Positions 45,058 through 58,765 of a stretch of DNA of 64,000 nt are shown piece after piece; the stretch's first letter is position 1; each line of letters begins with the position of its first letter. A program made the translations under genes and the position numbers. The notes under the pieces were generated by a model, which had not been told where the DNA came from, did no database searches, and saw only the letters and a program-made list of their open reading frames with translations. The stretch comes from Chrysomallon squamiferum. Taxonomy: Eukaryota > Animalia > Mollusca. The DNA lies in contig CM022671.1 of the NCBI GenBank assembly GCA_012295275.1, positions 28,644,001-28,708,000 on the forward strand, in the 5' to 3' direction.

Positions 45058-46075
45058 TTCAGGTCTAATCCCTTCGTTTTGGACTCCTATTTACGCCTGT
45101 ACAAAACACGCAGTTGTTGGATTTACTCAGAGCTGGGCGGTCGGTTTAATTACGTTTCTGAGAATCTGTACAGAAAATACACACAAACAGACACATGTAC
45201 ACATACGAGCGCGCACACGTAGGCCTACACACACACAAAAACACATGTACATATGTGTATATCTCGTCGTAGTCATATTCACGTTATTAAATATCTGCTT
45301 CAGACTACAGCACGTAATAAAAACTTTTGATTTCAGAAAAACCCCGCAATATCCAGCATGGGTGTGAGACTAGCGTGTCTGTGTCCTTCCGCGGTGGACA
45401 CGAATCTGATGGACGTCAAAGCAGACGACTGCCTCGGTTTAGACAGCTTCGTAGCGAACATAGACTTCATGGGACTCTTGTCGTAAGAACACAAAGTCGA
45501 CAGATACAAACACTGTTTTACCGTTCTCAGTTAGAAAATTGTTGTTAACAGGACTTTGTACCAGTTCACTAAATCACACACTGTGCTCGTATGTATAATT
45601 CTGTGGTTGACTCGGTTCTTCTGTGCATGTATGTGTGCGTGTGTGCGTTTGTATGTATGTCGTCCGTATATGTAAAGGTGAATGCACGCAGGTCCGAGCG
45701 CACGATACATATGAGACACACAAACACGTTTGTAATATTAGTACAGCTGCAGTTACAGTCTGTAGTTTTAATAAATATAACCCAAGACTTTGACTGTGAT
45801 GGAAAGATTTTAGGGTGTGGGAATTTGTATCTAAAAACTTTACTCACGAAAATTAGATATTTTTCTTTTAAAACTGCATTTTAAAACTGCTTCTTCTTTT
45901 TTTCACATTCAGGGTGTCTAACGTGGCTGAAGCTTTCTTAAAACTGGTTCAAGATGAAGGGAACAACGGAAAACTGATGGCGGTTACTCTGAAGTCCGGC
46001 TCATTCTACACCGAACGACAGCTTGAACCACCACTCGGTCTACCCACAGCAATGCCAACTAAACCTAGCGAGTAG
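41609..46075 (+). CDS. HPGD: HPGD-like SDR copy 4; exons 41609-41701, 43037-43151, 43607-43713, 44083-44179, 45063-45139, 45337-45482, 45913-46075
   Basis: TGGAHGIG, NNAG and YACTKH motifs with an open frame; exon 2 has an in-frame 9-nt deletion (GKC lost before DVT). Confidence 0.85.
44315..44997 (+). mobile_element. Tigger/pogo-like remnant in HPGD copy 4 intron 4
   Basis: MDPKKVSAKDSAEQKKK.. HTH remnant; terminus ctcgtaagtcaaggcaccactg followed by TA. Confidence 0.75.
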
Positions 46076-46145
46076 AAAAAGTCTTAAAAGACTGTGTTAC
46101 AAAACAACTTTCGTAATAATATATTCAAACTTTAATATTAAATGA

Positions 46146-46192
<47 letters not shown>

Positions 46193-46243
46193 GAGAGGGA
46201 AGACTTCACAAACAACTTCGTAATAGTATATTAAAACTTTAAT

Positions 46244-46334
<91 letters not shown>

Positions 46335-47684
46335 TTATTTGATATAAGTGATTACAAAAATACACGGTTTAAACATTAAGAATCATTTTTGTCAAAAAAC
46401 GACCTTTCTCCAGTAATTTAGAAAACATTTTCATTAAACGGTATTAAAATTTTCCATTTCATTAAACTTTCATACATTTTAACTCTAACTAAGAAAAAAA
46501 CAAAACAAAAAACCCCCAAAGATATAACTGAAAAAAAATAGGTTAATTTTATTTGCAAATTTTACACAGTATAATCTAGCTGTTTAATTTATGCACGAAA
46601 TCATCTATTAAGCGGATCTGTCTGACACCATGTTGCAGGTCAAAGGTCGATACGCTATTTATAACTGTTTAAATAATTGAAAACTTTCGATCAAGCACAC
46701 GTGCACACTCACACACAAATACGTCGGTATTTAAACATCTTTTCATACATTGAATGAAATCAGCATGTCACTGATTAATAATTTATCTATTCAAATGAAA
46801 ATAAATTTAAAAAAATAAAAAATTATAACGCATACAATAATTTGAACCCACAAACCATAAAACGAATATAATTAATAACTGTGAATCATTTTTAAAACGA
46901 AACATGTAATAAAATATTAAAAGTAGCTTCCTTTTTAACTTTAAGTCATTGATAATATACTGTAAATATTGAACAGGAGGATATAGATACGTTAAATATT
47001 AGTAACAGAACGCTGAATAAAATGTATGGAGTTTTTCGGTTAGTTTAAAACTGAATATTTTAAGACAAACTTCAAATCCTATAACAAATTTGTTATATGT
47101 GTTTCTGTTAAAAAGTATAAAAGGATTGAAATGTGTTGAGATAAACATGTAAATGAAGCAGTGTAAACGACATATTTAAATTGCATTGTTTGCACGTGCT
47201 TCATACTCGCGTTCCTGCATTTCAGTCTGATTCTTAATAAGAGTTTGTTTTCGTTTGATTATTTGTTGGTGTATGTTATTCTTATTATTCTTCTTCTTAT
47301 TATTATTAGAAACAAATTTTATGTATGTTAGTTGCTATATGTTTTTTTGTTTTTTGTCTTCTTTATTACTTTTTTTTTCTTCTTTTTTTTTTTCTTTGTT
47401 TTTATGAAGTATACATTATATAATTCATTTGCACCTCAACCACGTATACACATATTCAAATGCTAAAAACACGGTTCTACGTACACTAGATTATTATTAT
47501 TATTATTTTATTTTAAGGCACACTATATGGAAAAGACAAAGATTAATCTGAATTAGATAAAAGTAGGTATGTCAGTTTGATTTCTCTAAAAGATGTCCCA
47601 CGACAAGCATATTTATATCTGGAAGCATGTGGGAAAAAAACAAAACAAAAAAAACCCCCAATAATCCACACTTAACAAGCACGG

Positions 47685-47800
47685 TCTACTGTCTTTTTGA
47701 TCCTGACGGCTGTTTCTTCTGGAATCTTGCTCTTTCCTTACCGATTCACTTGGTGTTGCTAATGTTACTTGCGTTCGTGAATTCCCCAATTCCCCGAATT
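47685..47800 (-). pseudogene. 3' end of a Shisa-like paralog B homologue, truncated by satellite
   Basis: Reverse complement resembles 9197-9314, and 46330-47685 mirrors ~9315-10530. Confidence 0.7.
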
Positions 47801-47802
47801 GC

Positions 47803-49549
47803 CATACACGTCGCGAACATTTTGCACACGTTCAAAATATTTTTCCCGACCACACGGAATAGTGCCACACGGATTTTCAATTTTTGAAAATCGAATTTTT
47901 TCAAGTTTCGTTGAAAATGCTAGGGGTACCTTTTTCAAAGTGCAATATCTTTCCCTCTGGACGTAGCAAAAATCGGCCGCACATACCCAAAAGTGGGGCA
48001 AGCGATGCCCGACACGGGTGAAAAGTGCCGCACGCTCCACCCAAGGGGAACAACTCGTTTCCGACACGTGCACAAAAAACGCACATATTTTAGTAAATTT
48101 GCTCTTTTTTTTTTTTTTTTCAACGCATTTTCAAAAGGTGCAGCACCTTTTGTAAATCTTGGAAATGTTTTTGCCACACTCGCCCCGACGGCGTGCACCT
48201 TTTGCACACGTTCAAAATATTCTTCCCGACCACACGGAATAGTTCCACACGGATTTTCAATTTTTGAAAATCGAATTTTTTCAAGTTTCGTTGAAAATGC
48301 TAGGGGTACCTTTTTCAAAGTGCAATAACGTTTTCTGCGCACGTGGGAAAAATCCGGCGCACATACCCAAAAGTGAGGCAAGGGTTCACGACACGCGTGA
48401 AAAGTGCCAAACACCCCACCCAAGGGGAACAACTCGCTTCCGACACGTGCACAAAAAACGCACATATTTTCGAAAATTAAATCTAATCTATGTTTATGAA
48501 CACATCTCATTAAAGGGACATAAGGCTAATCAGTTTAATTTTTACTTTCCTCAGTGAGTACATCTCACGTAAGGGACCTAACTCTAATCTGTTTGTAAGC
48601 ACAGTACACAGGATAAAATAAAAAAATATATAACTAAACAAATAAAGAACCACGTTGAATCATTAAAACGATCGAAGTTCGGCGTCTTTGCAGGTTGCAT
48701 TTTCGGATAATTAGCGTACGTAAGCTTAGTGACTACATCTCAGGTAAGGCACGTAACTCGAATCTATGTTTATGAACACATCTCATTAAAGGGAGATAAG
48801 TCTAATCAGTTTAATTTTTACTTTGCTTAGTGAGTACATCTCACGTAAGGGACCTAACTCTAATCTGTTTGTGAGCACATGTGACAACAAGGAAATAAGT
48901 CTAATGGATATGATTTTTTCTTTGCTTATTATAAATATACAGAGACAGACAGACAGACATACACATACTTACACAGAGTAAAACCTCTGGTAATGAATGG
49001 ATATACAATTCTAAAAGAAACAAAATTGAATTAATTAAAAATTGTCAGAAACTTTAAAAAGGAATGATCATCAAAATATTAAAGAAATACAAAAAGAACT
49101 AATAAATTCTGATACTAAAAAACCGATTCTATCAAATGACACAATAAAATATTTTATTTACTGATTTTTTTATTATAACAAAAATAAGCAAAGTACACAG
49201 GATAAAATAAAAGAATAACGAAACAAATAAAGAACCACGTTGAGTCGTTAGAACGATCGAAGCTCGGCGTCTTTGGCGATTACATTTATCGGATAATTAG
49301 CTTGCGTAAGCTCAGTGACTACGTCTCAGGTAAGGGACATAACTCTAATCTATGTTTGTGAACACATCTTACTAAAGGGAGATCAATCTAATCGATATAA
49401 TTTTTATTTTGCTTAGTGAGTACATCTCACGTAAGGGACCTAACTTTAACCTGTTTGTGAACACATACAATTCATAAAAGAAATAAAATTCAATTAATTA
49501 AAAATTACCAGAGAATTTTAAAAGAAATAAACTTCAGAATATTAACAAA
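47803..49549. repeat. ~380-bp satellite (47803-48478) followed by a second repeat family (tctatgtttatgaacacatctcattaaaggga at ~48487, ~48763, ~49349)
   Basis: Internal direct repeats visible; located at the contig end. Confidence 0.75.
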
Positions 49550-49749
49550 NNNNNNNNNNNNNNNNNNNNNNNNNNNNNNNNNNNNNNNNNNNNNNNNNNN
49601 NNNNNNNNNNNNNNNNNNNNNNNNNNNNNNNNNNNNNNNNNNNNNNNNNNNNNNNNNNNNNNNNNNNNNNNNNNNNNNNNNNNNNNNNNNNNNNNNNNNN
49701 NNNNNNNNNNNNNNNNNNNNNNNNNNNNNNNNNNNNNNNNNNNNNNNNN
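49550..49749. other. Assembly gap (200 N)
   Basis: Run of N. Confidence 1.
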
Positions 49750-49769
49750 TTACGTATTTATGTAAATTT

Positions 49770-52700
49770 ACCATGAATTATGAATTTCATTTTCTACAAT
49801 TTGGTACATTTATTGTTAACTAATGATATACCACAGTCTAGATGTTAATAAAGTATTCCATACTTCAGCTTTTCCGTGCAAAAGTAAGTTTCCTTTGACT
49901 CATAAAGTTAATTAGATTGAACATTTTAGCTAATTTATTTTTTCCAGTTCAAAGTTTCACATAATAGTTTATTTGGTCCTAAATATATGCCTAGAATTTT
50001 AACATAGTTTTTTATTTATTGATATTGGAATGTTAAAAGGATAAGTTTTTCAATCATGGTTTACCAAGATAAAGTACTTCTGACTTATCTACATTGACTT
50101 TTGCCCTGTGGCACTACAATACATATTTATTGTATTAAAACATTTTTCTACTGACTGAGCATCACAGACAGTTACTGTAGTATCATCTGCATGCTGAAAT
50201 AATAAAAATTAAGTTCATTTTGTTATCTTAATTCCATTCATGCTATGTCTTTTTAATTAAATTATTTAAAGGGTTCAGCTACAATAACATAAAAGCATCA
50301 TTGATATTGGACATCCTTGTCTAACCCCTCTTGTAATATTAAAAAAAAGGTGTTAAATGTCCATTAATTTTTACACAACTTTTATTATTATATATAGTAT
50401 TTTAATCCACTTTATAAAATTATCACCAAAATTGAATTTTTTCAAAACTTTTAAAATAAAACTATGTGATACTCTATCAAATGCTTTCTCTTGATCTATT
50501 TTAACTATATACCCTTCTGTATTATTTAACTCGACAATATCTATAATATCTCTTACTGACATAATATTGTCAGCAATATCTCTTCCTTTTTACACAACAG
50601 GTTTGTTCTGATGAAATAATAGTTGACATTACTTGTTTAAGACGATTTGCAAGAACTTTAGCTTAATGAATTTTATAATCTACATTTAAAGGCTGATAGG
50701 TCTGAAATTTTTAGGTCTGCTTTATCTCCTTTTTTCTTGTAAAATAAACTAATTACTCCTTTTTCATGCTGCGTGACAACATTTCTTCTTTCTGAATTGA
50801 CATAACTACTTTATGAAGAAAAGAAATTTTTAAAATTTTCCCAGAATTTAACATAAAATTCTACTGTTAGACCATCCAGACCAGGTGATTTATTTCTATT
50901 CATTTTCTTTAAAGCTTCAGTTAATTCTTCAATTGTAATGTCTTTCTCACAGTTTTCACTTTCAGATTCTTTTAGTTTATTTGATATTAAATTTATTATT
51001 TCTTCCTGTTTGATAATATCTACATTTTCTTATGTAAATAATTTTGAATAAAAGTCATAAGCATATTGTAATATATCTTCTGTTTTTTCTTGTTAATCCA
51101 TTTACTGTTTTAGCTCTTTAATAGAATTTGATTCTTGTTTTGATTTTTCTAAACTGAGAAAAAATGTGGTATTTCTATCCATATCTAGATTCCAATGAGC
51201 TTTAGATCTCAAAATAGCACCATTACATTTAGATCTCTCAATTAATTTTAATTTTTCTTCTAAAATTTGTATGTTACTCAAATCATGATGATTATTTACA
51301 GCTAGTTTAGCATATTCTCTTTTCAAAGCATTTTGTATATTATAATATTTTTCGTTATCTGATTTTCTCTTTTTTATTGCAAAATTTCTTGCACATGTTT
51401 TCATTTTATATTTTAAGTTGTCCCACCAAACACTAGGTTCAGTCTGTAACAAAGGACACTCAGAAGCATTATTAATAACTTCAATAATAGCTTTACAAAA
51501 ACTTTCATCTTTCAACAATTCATTATTAAAGATCCAAATACCTTGACCTCTCTCTACATGAGAAAAATCTATTTTAAGTGATAAAAAATTGTGATCACTA
51601 ACCGAGGTATAGGATATGTATACATTACTTATAAACTGCAATAAATTTCTAGAAATTAAGAATAAATCAATTCTTGACTGTTTTATAGTTTTTTCAACTA
51701 TTTGAGATCTAGTAAATTGCCTTTTATCTGGATTTCTGTGTCGCCAAATATCAACTAAATTATAATTAAAAATAACTGACTGTAATTCATTACTACTTTT
51801 CATATTGAAAGTTTTATTATTAATGCCTAAATCTAAATTAGGATCTAAAATTTCATTAAAATCTCCTGCCATTATTGTATTTTTTAAATCCACAAATTTA
51901 CATAATCCTTTAAAAAATAAAATTCTTTCTTCAATATTATTTGGCGCATATACATTTATAAAACTGTATTCTTCTTCATCTATTTTCGTATTAATTTTTA
52001 AAATCCTGCCTTCAATTGTGCAACTATTAAATGTAAACTTATAAGGACATTCTTTTGATACCAGTATTGCTACACCCCTATCTTTTTTTATTTGGACAAT
52101 TATTATAAAATATATTTCCTTCCCATAAATGTTTATATCTCTCAATGAAGTCATTATCCCAAAATGTTTCCTGTAGAAAAATAATATTTGCATGTTTACT
52201 TTTAAATGTTTGCAAAAACTGAATTTAATTTCTCAATATCTCTCAGTCCGTTTTACATTTATAGACAAGATCATAGTTAGAAGTAGAAAAATTAGTGAAC
52301 TATTACCCATTTTTAAAATATTCTATATCTTGTCTATATCCTCCCCATACTCATTCATTACCCTGGCAACACTTTTCTCTCACACTTTTCATGTGTGCTG
52401 CTTGTCTCTTTTTTGTTTTCTATTTTCTACCAAGCTCCACAGTTTTCTTCTGATGGACGCTTGATCAATCTCGTTCGACGCTTTGTTTTACTCTGCTTAC
52501 TATTTTCTGCTTCGATGGTTCCAGCTTCCTTGTTAGTAATTTTCACTTTGGTGTTTTTATCAGGGGATTTTCTTGGTTTTTCTCCATTTTCTGATTTTTG
52601 TTGTTCCTTGTTGATTTCCATTTCTGTTGTATTTATCCTCTGGATACTTTCTGCTTCAATTTCTTTTTTTCTCCTTTGATTTTACATTATATTCCATACC

Positions 52701-53253
52701 ATCACTGTCACTGTCGCTGTTTTTTTTTGTTCATCGCTGTCATACTCTGACCAACAATCGCATTCATCCTCTTTGTTTCCACACTTTTCACACAGAAATA
52801 TGTTCGGGCAGTTTCTAGCAAAATGTCCTTTTTGTTTACAGTTATGACACCTTATATTTGGACAGTCTTTCAACAAATGATTATCCGCCATGCAGTTGTA
52901 ACATACTTTTATTTGATTGTCATGTAAAACACGAAAATATTTTATTCCTTCATAAGTCCTAAATTTCATTGAGTATGGTAAACTTTTATTTCGGGTGGAA
53001 ATTTCACTCTCGTATCTTGTTCCATCTGCAATTTTGTCCCTTTGTATAGCCTTCTATAAATTGGTGATAAAATTTCTATTTCCATTTGTTTCAATTTTTC
53101 TTCAATTTCTTCATCTTCAATGTAGGCGAGCAAGTGCAAAAAAGGAAACTACTACAGTTTCAGATTTCAAAATTCTCGCCTTTATTTTTTAGACCTTTCA
53201 ATTCTGTTTCATCAATTTCCGTAATCATTCTCGCTTGTATAATATCTTCTAGT
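49770..53253 (-). mobile_element. Tx1-like copy (part of ORF1 to mid ORF2), 5' end fused to tRNA-Val(CAC) nt 65; 3' end lost in the gap
   Basis: Reverse complement of ~30627-34110 with many indels; junction cctcgc|actagaag. Confidence 0.92.
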
Positions 53254-53318
53254 GCGAGGCTCGAACTCGCGACCTTCTGCGTGTGAAGCAGACGTGATAA
53301 CCACTACACCACGAAACC
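53254..53318 (-). pseudogene. tRNA-Val(CAC) lacking the 3' acceptor strand
   Basis: nt 1-65 are present, then Tx1 ORF1 sequence. Confidence 0.88.
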
Positions 53319-53639
53319 GCTTTAAAATAACCATCTAATGTTTCAGTGAAAGCCTTAAATACCTTTAGCTTAACCAGGCAGCCGTCTAGGACGCACACGT
53401 AAGAGGGGTGCATTACTGGCCTTTAAGGGTCACAGAATATCAAAGGAAACGTATACCGATAATAGTTCATTATCTTTAATAGTTTAAAAAGAGTTAATTG
53501 TTACTTGAAAACCAGTTTATTATTCTCAAAACTAACAGTATTGTTAAACTGAAATCAAGATTTTAATTTTGACAACTGCTCTTAAAACAGGAAAGAGTAC
53601 AATACGTTAGTGCTACAAACAAAATATTAACAAAACTAA

Positions 53640-53824
53640 AGGTTCCGGCAAGGCTCGAACTCGCGACATTCTGCGTGTAAAGCAGACGTGATTTTTTTTT
53701 ATCTTTATTGATATAATCAACAGTTGTACACAATTAAAATAAGATTAAAACAGTAAATAACAAGAATAAAAAATAGGCATCCTCTCACACAGTCATGTAA
53801 AGCAGACGTGAGAACCACTACACC
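53640..53824 (-). pseudogene. tRNA-Val(TAC) with a short Tx1 insertion (53692-53795); counterpart of 29688-29885
   Basis: Perfect 16-bp TSD tgtaaagcagacgtga at 53676-53691 and 53796-53811. Confidence 0.88.
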
Positions 53825-53877
53825 TACATATAAATATGTGTAAAATGTAGATCTATGACGACAACATTGTTTTTTTC

Positions 53878-53956
<79 letters not shown>

Positions 53957-54307
53957 AAATATTAGACTGGAAACATTGCTGTATTTTATACAAACCTAGA
54001 TGTTATATCTCTCTTCATTCGTACGAACAAGACTCGATGTTGACTACAGAATCAAATATCTTCATTTAAAAACACTATTAGTTTATAATATCCAATGGCA
54101 ATGTAGTAAGCTATCATTAATTTACCAATTTTATGATTTTAATTATATGATATATCACATAATAACATGCAAATGAAATAATTAAATAAAGTTTCAATTT
54201 ATTTCATAAAATTCACTTTTCAATGACGTGTCAAATCAATAAATATTAGTTTATAAACCATTAAAAAATATTCTGTGTCATGCAGTTATTGTACGTTTTT
54301 ATTTATC

Positions 54308-54380
54308 GGTTTCGTGGTGTAGTGGTTATCACGTCTGCTTAACACACAGAAGGTCGCGAGTTCGAGCCTCGCCGAAACCT
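54308..54380 (+). tRNA. tRNA-Val(AAC) with one anticodon-stem mismatch (ACAGA)
   Basis: Full cloverleaf; counterpart of 28962-29034. Confidence 0.82.
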
Positions 54381-56564
54381 TCATTCATTCTTTCTTGTTG
54401 TTTTTTATTATTATTATTATTTCTTTTTTGAGTGAGAGAGAGACAAATAGAAAATCAGAAAAAAACACCACCCACTCACATCAAGATGGATTTATCCATA
54501 ATACAGAAACTTTTATTTCAATATGATTAAAATTCGATAAAACGATATTGGTTTTGTTTTTTGGGGGATTTTTTGTTTCTTTGTTGTTTTATGCTATATA
54601 CAATTAGTTATCGCAAAAATAAAATTAAAGAAATCTAGTAATTTATTTATTTATTTACTTAATCATTTATTTCAAGCTGATGTGCTTATCTTTCATAACA
54701 GAAGGAAAGAAAAAAGAAATACCTACCTGACAAAAATAATGTCAACGTAGTGAAATATATACATTATCTGCTTTTATTAAATAAATTAATAATAATTGAA
54801 AGCCTAATAAAATTTATATACCTTATTGATAAAATTTATACAACTTCTAGATAACATTTATATACCTACCTTATAGATAAAATTTCTGTACCTTCTAAAT
54901 AAAAGTTTTATACTTATACATATAATTTATATAGATTCTAGATAAAAGTTATATACCTTCTAGGTAAAATTTCTATACTTACCTTATTGATAAAATTTAT
55001 ACAACTTCTAGATAACATTTATATATTTACCTTATAGATAAAATTTATATACCTTCTAAATAAAAGTTATATACCTTACAGATAAAATTTCTGTACCTTC
55101 TAAATAAAAGTTTTATACTTATACATATAATTTATATAGATTCTAGATAAAAGTTATATACCTTCTAGGTAAAATTTCTATACTTACCTTATTGATAAAA
55201 TTTATACAACTTCTAGATAACATTTATATACTTACCTTATAGATAAAATTTATATACCTTCTAAATAAAAGTTATATACCTTACACATAAAATTTCTATA
55301 CCTTCTAAATAAAAGTTTTATACTTATACATATACTTTATATAGATTCCAGATAAATGATATATACCTTCTAGGTAAAATTTCTATACAGTATTTGTATG
55401 TGAGTGTGCACGTGTGCTTGAAAGTTTTCAATTATTTAGACAGAGTTATAAATAGCTTATCGACCTTTGACCTGCAACATGGTGTCAGCCAGATCCGCTT
55501 GTCAGATGATGAACTCGCGACCTTCTGCGTGTAAAGCTGATTATGACCACTACACCGCGAAACCTACCACTACACCACGAAACCTACATATAAACATGTG
55601 TAAAATGTAGATCTATGAAGAAAAATAAATCAAGCAGTTTAATGATGAATTTTTTATTGTTTTTATTTTTTTTAAATTTGATTTAAAAAAAAAAAAAAAA
55701 TGGTTTGGTCTAATCTCTCTCTCTCTGTATGACTGTTTATTCGTGTTCATCTGTTTCACTGGTTTAGTGGTGATCACGTTTGCTTCAAACATTTGTAATT
55801 TAATAATTAAATATCCTTAATTAATTTTCTTAATTATAATGTATGATTTTATGAATAAAGATTTTATTTAAAAAAAAAAAAAAAAAAATGCATATTCTGC
55901 GATTTCCGGCCTCGCGGAAACGTTCAATTATTCGTTTCTTTATCAGATTAAATTGTCTCAAAAACGGATCCCTGTAAAACATTCTACAAAATAGATTCGT
56001 ATGATAACATAAATAAATCTACTAAACTGTATTCTTTCTACTTTGAAAATAACCGCTCAAAGGTCTTCATGACATATTTTGTTACAGTGTTTTTGTTCTA
56101 ATGAGAAATCTTGTTACAGCTATGACTAAAACAACCTATGTGATTTGTGACCAGTAAGCTTATGCTTGTTTAGAATCATGAAATCTACTGACAAGTTTAG
56201 TTCTACACAGAATTATCCAACGTCTTCGTGGATTTTATCTTCTAATGAGACGTTTGTTTACAGTCTTCTCCATTTCACGCCCTTGTACGTGCTTACGACT
56301 GTGAAATTTGCTCAGGCACATTTAACTTTGATTTCACGACTCTGTGGTAATTTCAACACAATTTTTGTGTGTAATCATAAACAAAACACAAAGAAAGAAC
56401 GTTAATGTAAGATCAGTGATTTATTATTTTTAAAGTTGAAACATAAATAAATAAATATTTCATTTATTCATTCATCCAATTATTATTTGTTAATACAAAA
56501 AAAAAAAAAAATCAAGGTTCCGGCGAGGCTCGAACTCGCGACCTTCTGCGTGTGAAATCAGACG

Positions 56565-58765
56565 GTTTTTTTTTTTTTTTTCAGATTTAAGTAACATTAT
56601 TTTGAAAATATTATTTTATTGTTTATCATTGAATTGCACACTAACAGAAAATTTAGATGTGGAGACACTCACATATACTCATATCATCTTAAATATTGCA
56701 ATCCCTTTAATACCTAGAATATTGTATCCAGCATAAATATATATTTTCATTTGCAATTGCTTTGTTTGTTTGATGTGTTTTTTTCTGTTATGAATATTAC
56801 AAATATGAGTCTTTGAATTAAAAGAACTTCAGATAGAAAAAAAAATCCTAATTTTTTTTTAGCGATTTCTGCAAATTTTGTTGAGTGAACATTTTATATA
56901 AATTATAATAATCCTAACATACAATTTAAACTGAGCCGATTAACAACAATATTTTAATGTTAAATATATTGCAAAGAATATCGAGTACAAAGTAAATTTA
57001 TTAATAAATGTGACAGGCAGGTGTCCTTGTCATCAGTTTACTCTTGTTTTTTGTTTTTTCAAAAACTGTTTTTAACAATTTGTGTCAAAGAACAGAATAT
57101 TTCATGCCATCACTATTTTTATTAATACATTTCAGTCTCAACACACTGACCATTCATGATTACAAATTAGAGCCCTGTTTTTAGTACTGAGAACATACCA
57201 GTTTAATCATTAAGAAAACTAAATTTAGTAAATAAAAATCTGGTTAGTTGTTAGTAAAAGTCTTGGCAACGCAGTTTGTTGTCTACTATCATTCTTTTTG
57301 AAATATATAACATTTAAGATCTACCTGTTTCTGATAGCAGCCATTTTTTAAAAAGAAATAAAAACACTGTTATAGGTGATATGTTAATATCCATGCCTCA
57401 TCACCTCAATTTGTATCACTGATGGCAGCCCTATCTGATAAACAGTAGTTAGAAATTAAGTTTCACACATTACTTTTAGTGCAATGTAATAATTGTTCCT
57501 GGATAACATTAGGTAGAAAAACTACTGGACATTTAACAAAACCTAACACTTATTATTAATTGCTCTTTCTTTCTACTTAAACTTAGGGTATTTTAATATA
57601 TATATACATTTCACACAAAAAAATTAAAAATTTAATGTTTTCTGTATTAAAAGGTTACCTCTTGATTAACCATGTATTTTAACACCATTAAATAACAAGT
57701 TATTTTACCTAGAGTACTGTAACACAACAGACTTAATCCAATTTGACATTATTTTACTAATAAACATACAAGATTTTTGAGAACTTGAATATTTTAATCT
57801 TTTACATTATTTTTATTATTTTTATTAAACCAACTGGGGATTTGTTCTAGTTATATACAAGTTAAGACAATCACACTTCCATGTATTATAGTTACTGCTT
57901 TCATTTTTTTTTTTTTTTACAACAGACATATACTTCAGCCTCCAACAATTCTACTACACAACAATGTTAACATTTTTTTTTTTTCGATTTCACATCGACT
58001 TATCTTTTACTATATTCCTTTTGTTTGTTTTTTTCTTTTTTTCATTTTTATTTTTTCTTTTTTTTTCTTGTTAAAAAACACACTGGAATATACACATGCA
58101 CACATTTTACATTTCTTCTTTTGTTTTTTCCTTTGAACCGAGAAGAGATTTCTCTTTTTCAATCCATTTATCCATATCCTCTAAGGGTTTGTAGTAAATA
58201 TGAACCACTTGTGCTCCTGCACCCATAGTCAACAATGCAGCTGCCAAAAATCTGAAATAACCTGGAGGCAAGCGTCCTACCACCATTTTTGATACAGAAC
58301 ACTAATTATATCCAAACACTATGTGAAATCCACCGAAATGTCTATGTTAGTATGTATTGTTTATTATAACACGTTATCACTAAAAGGTCTCAGCAGAAAA
58401 AGAATGTACATCAAAATGTTGATTTTATGATATCACAGTTTATTTTTAGATGTTGCTGAAGTTTCCAGACTCTGCATAGCAATTTTATGTGCTTGTTTTT
58501 CCTTGTATACTGAATAAAAGTTAATCTGTCCTACTCTCCAATTTACCATTGAAAACTCAACTGCAGCTCCCAAAACAAAAAAAATCGGAAGAAATCTATA
58601 CATTCCAAACGTTTTTTTCCCAGGCCATGCCTGCATAATGCGTTGAATTGTTCTACTAAAAAAGAATCTACTAATCATGATTTTATTTTAGGACATGTGC
58701 TCACTTTCTTGTCTCATTTCACCTTTCAGTTGCTGACATTTTGTAACTTGCCCATGCGCAGAGTC
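56565..58765 (-). other. Processed mRNA retrocopy (5'UTR, SMIM4/UQCC5-like ORF, ~1.85-kb 3'UTR, poly(A))
   Basis: T16 at 56566-56581; AATAAA on the minus strand at 56615-56620; TSD at 56551-56564 and 58766-58779; absent from the homologous locus at 26898. Confidence 0.88.
58433..58678 (-). CDS. SMIM4: SMIM4/UQCC5-like small mitochondrial membrane protein, intronless intact ORF, 81 aa
   Basis: RIMQAWPGKKTFGMYRFLPIFFVLGAAVEFSMVNWRVGQINFYSVYK matches the remembered family pattern PGK..FG.YRFLP.FFVLG...E..M...RVG...FY.VY. Confidence 0.85.
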   Translation of the reverse strand: MISRFFFSRTIQRIMQAWPGKKTFGMYRFLPIFFVLGAAVEFSMVNWRVGQINFYSVYKEKQAHKIAMQSLETSATSKNKL

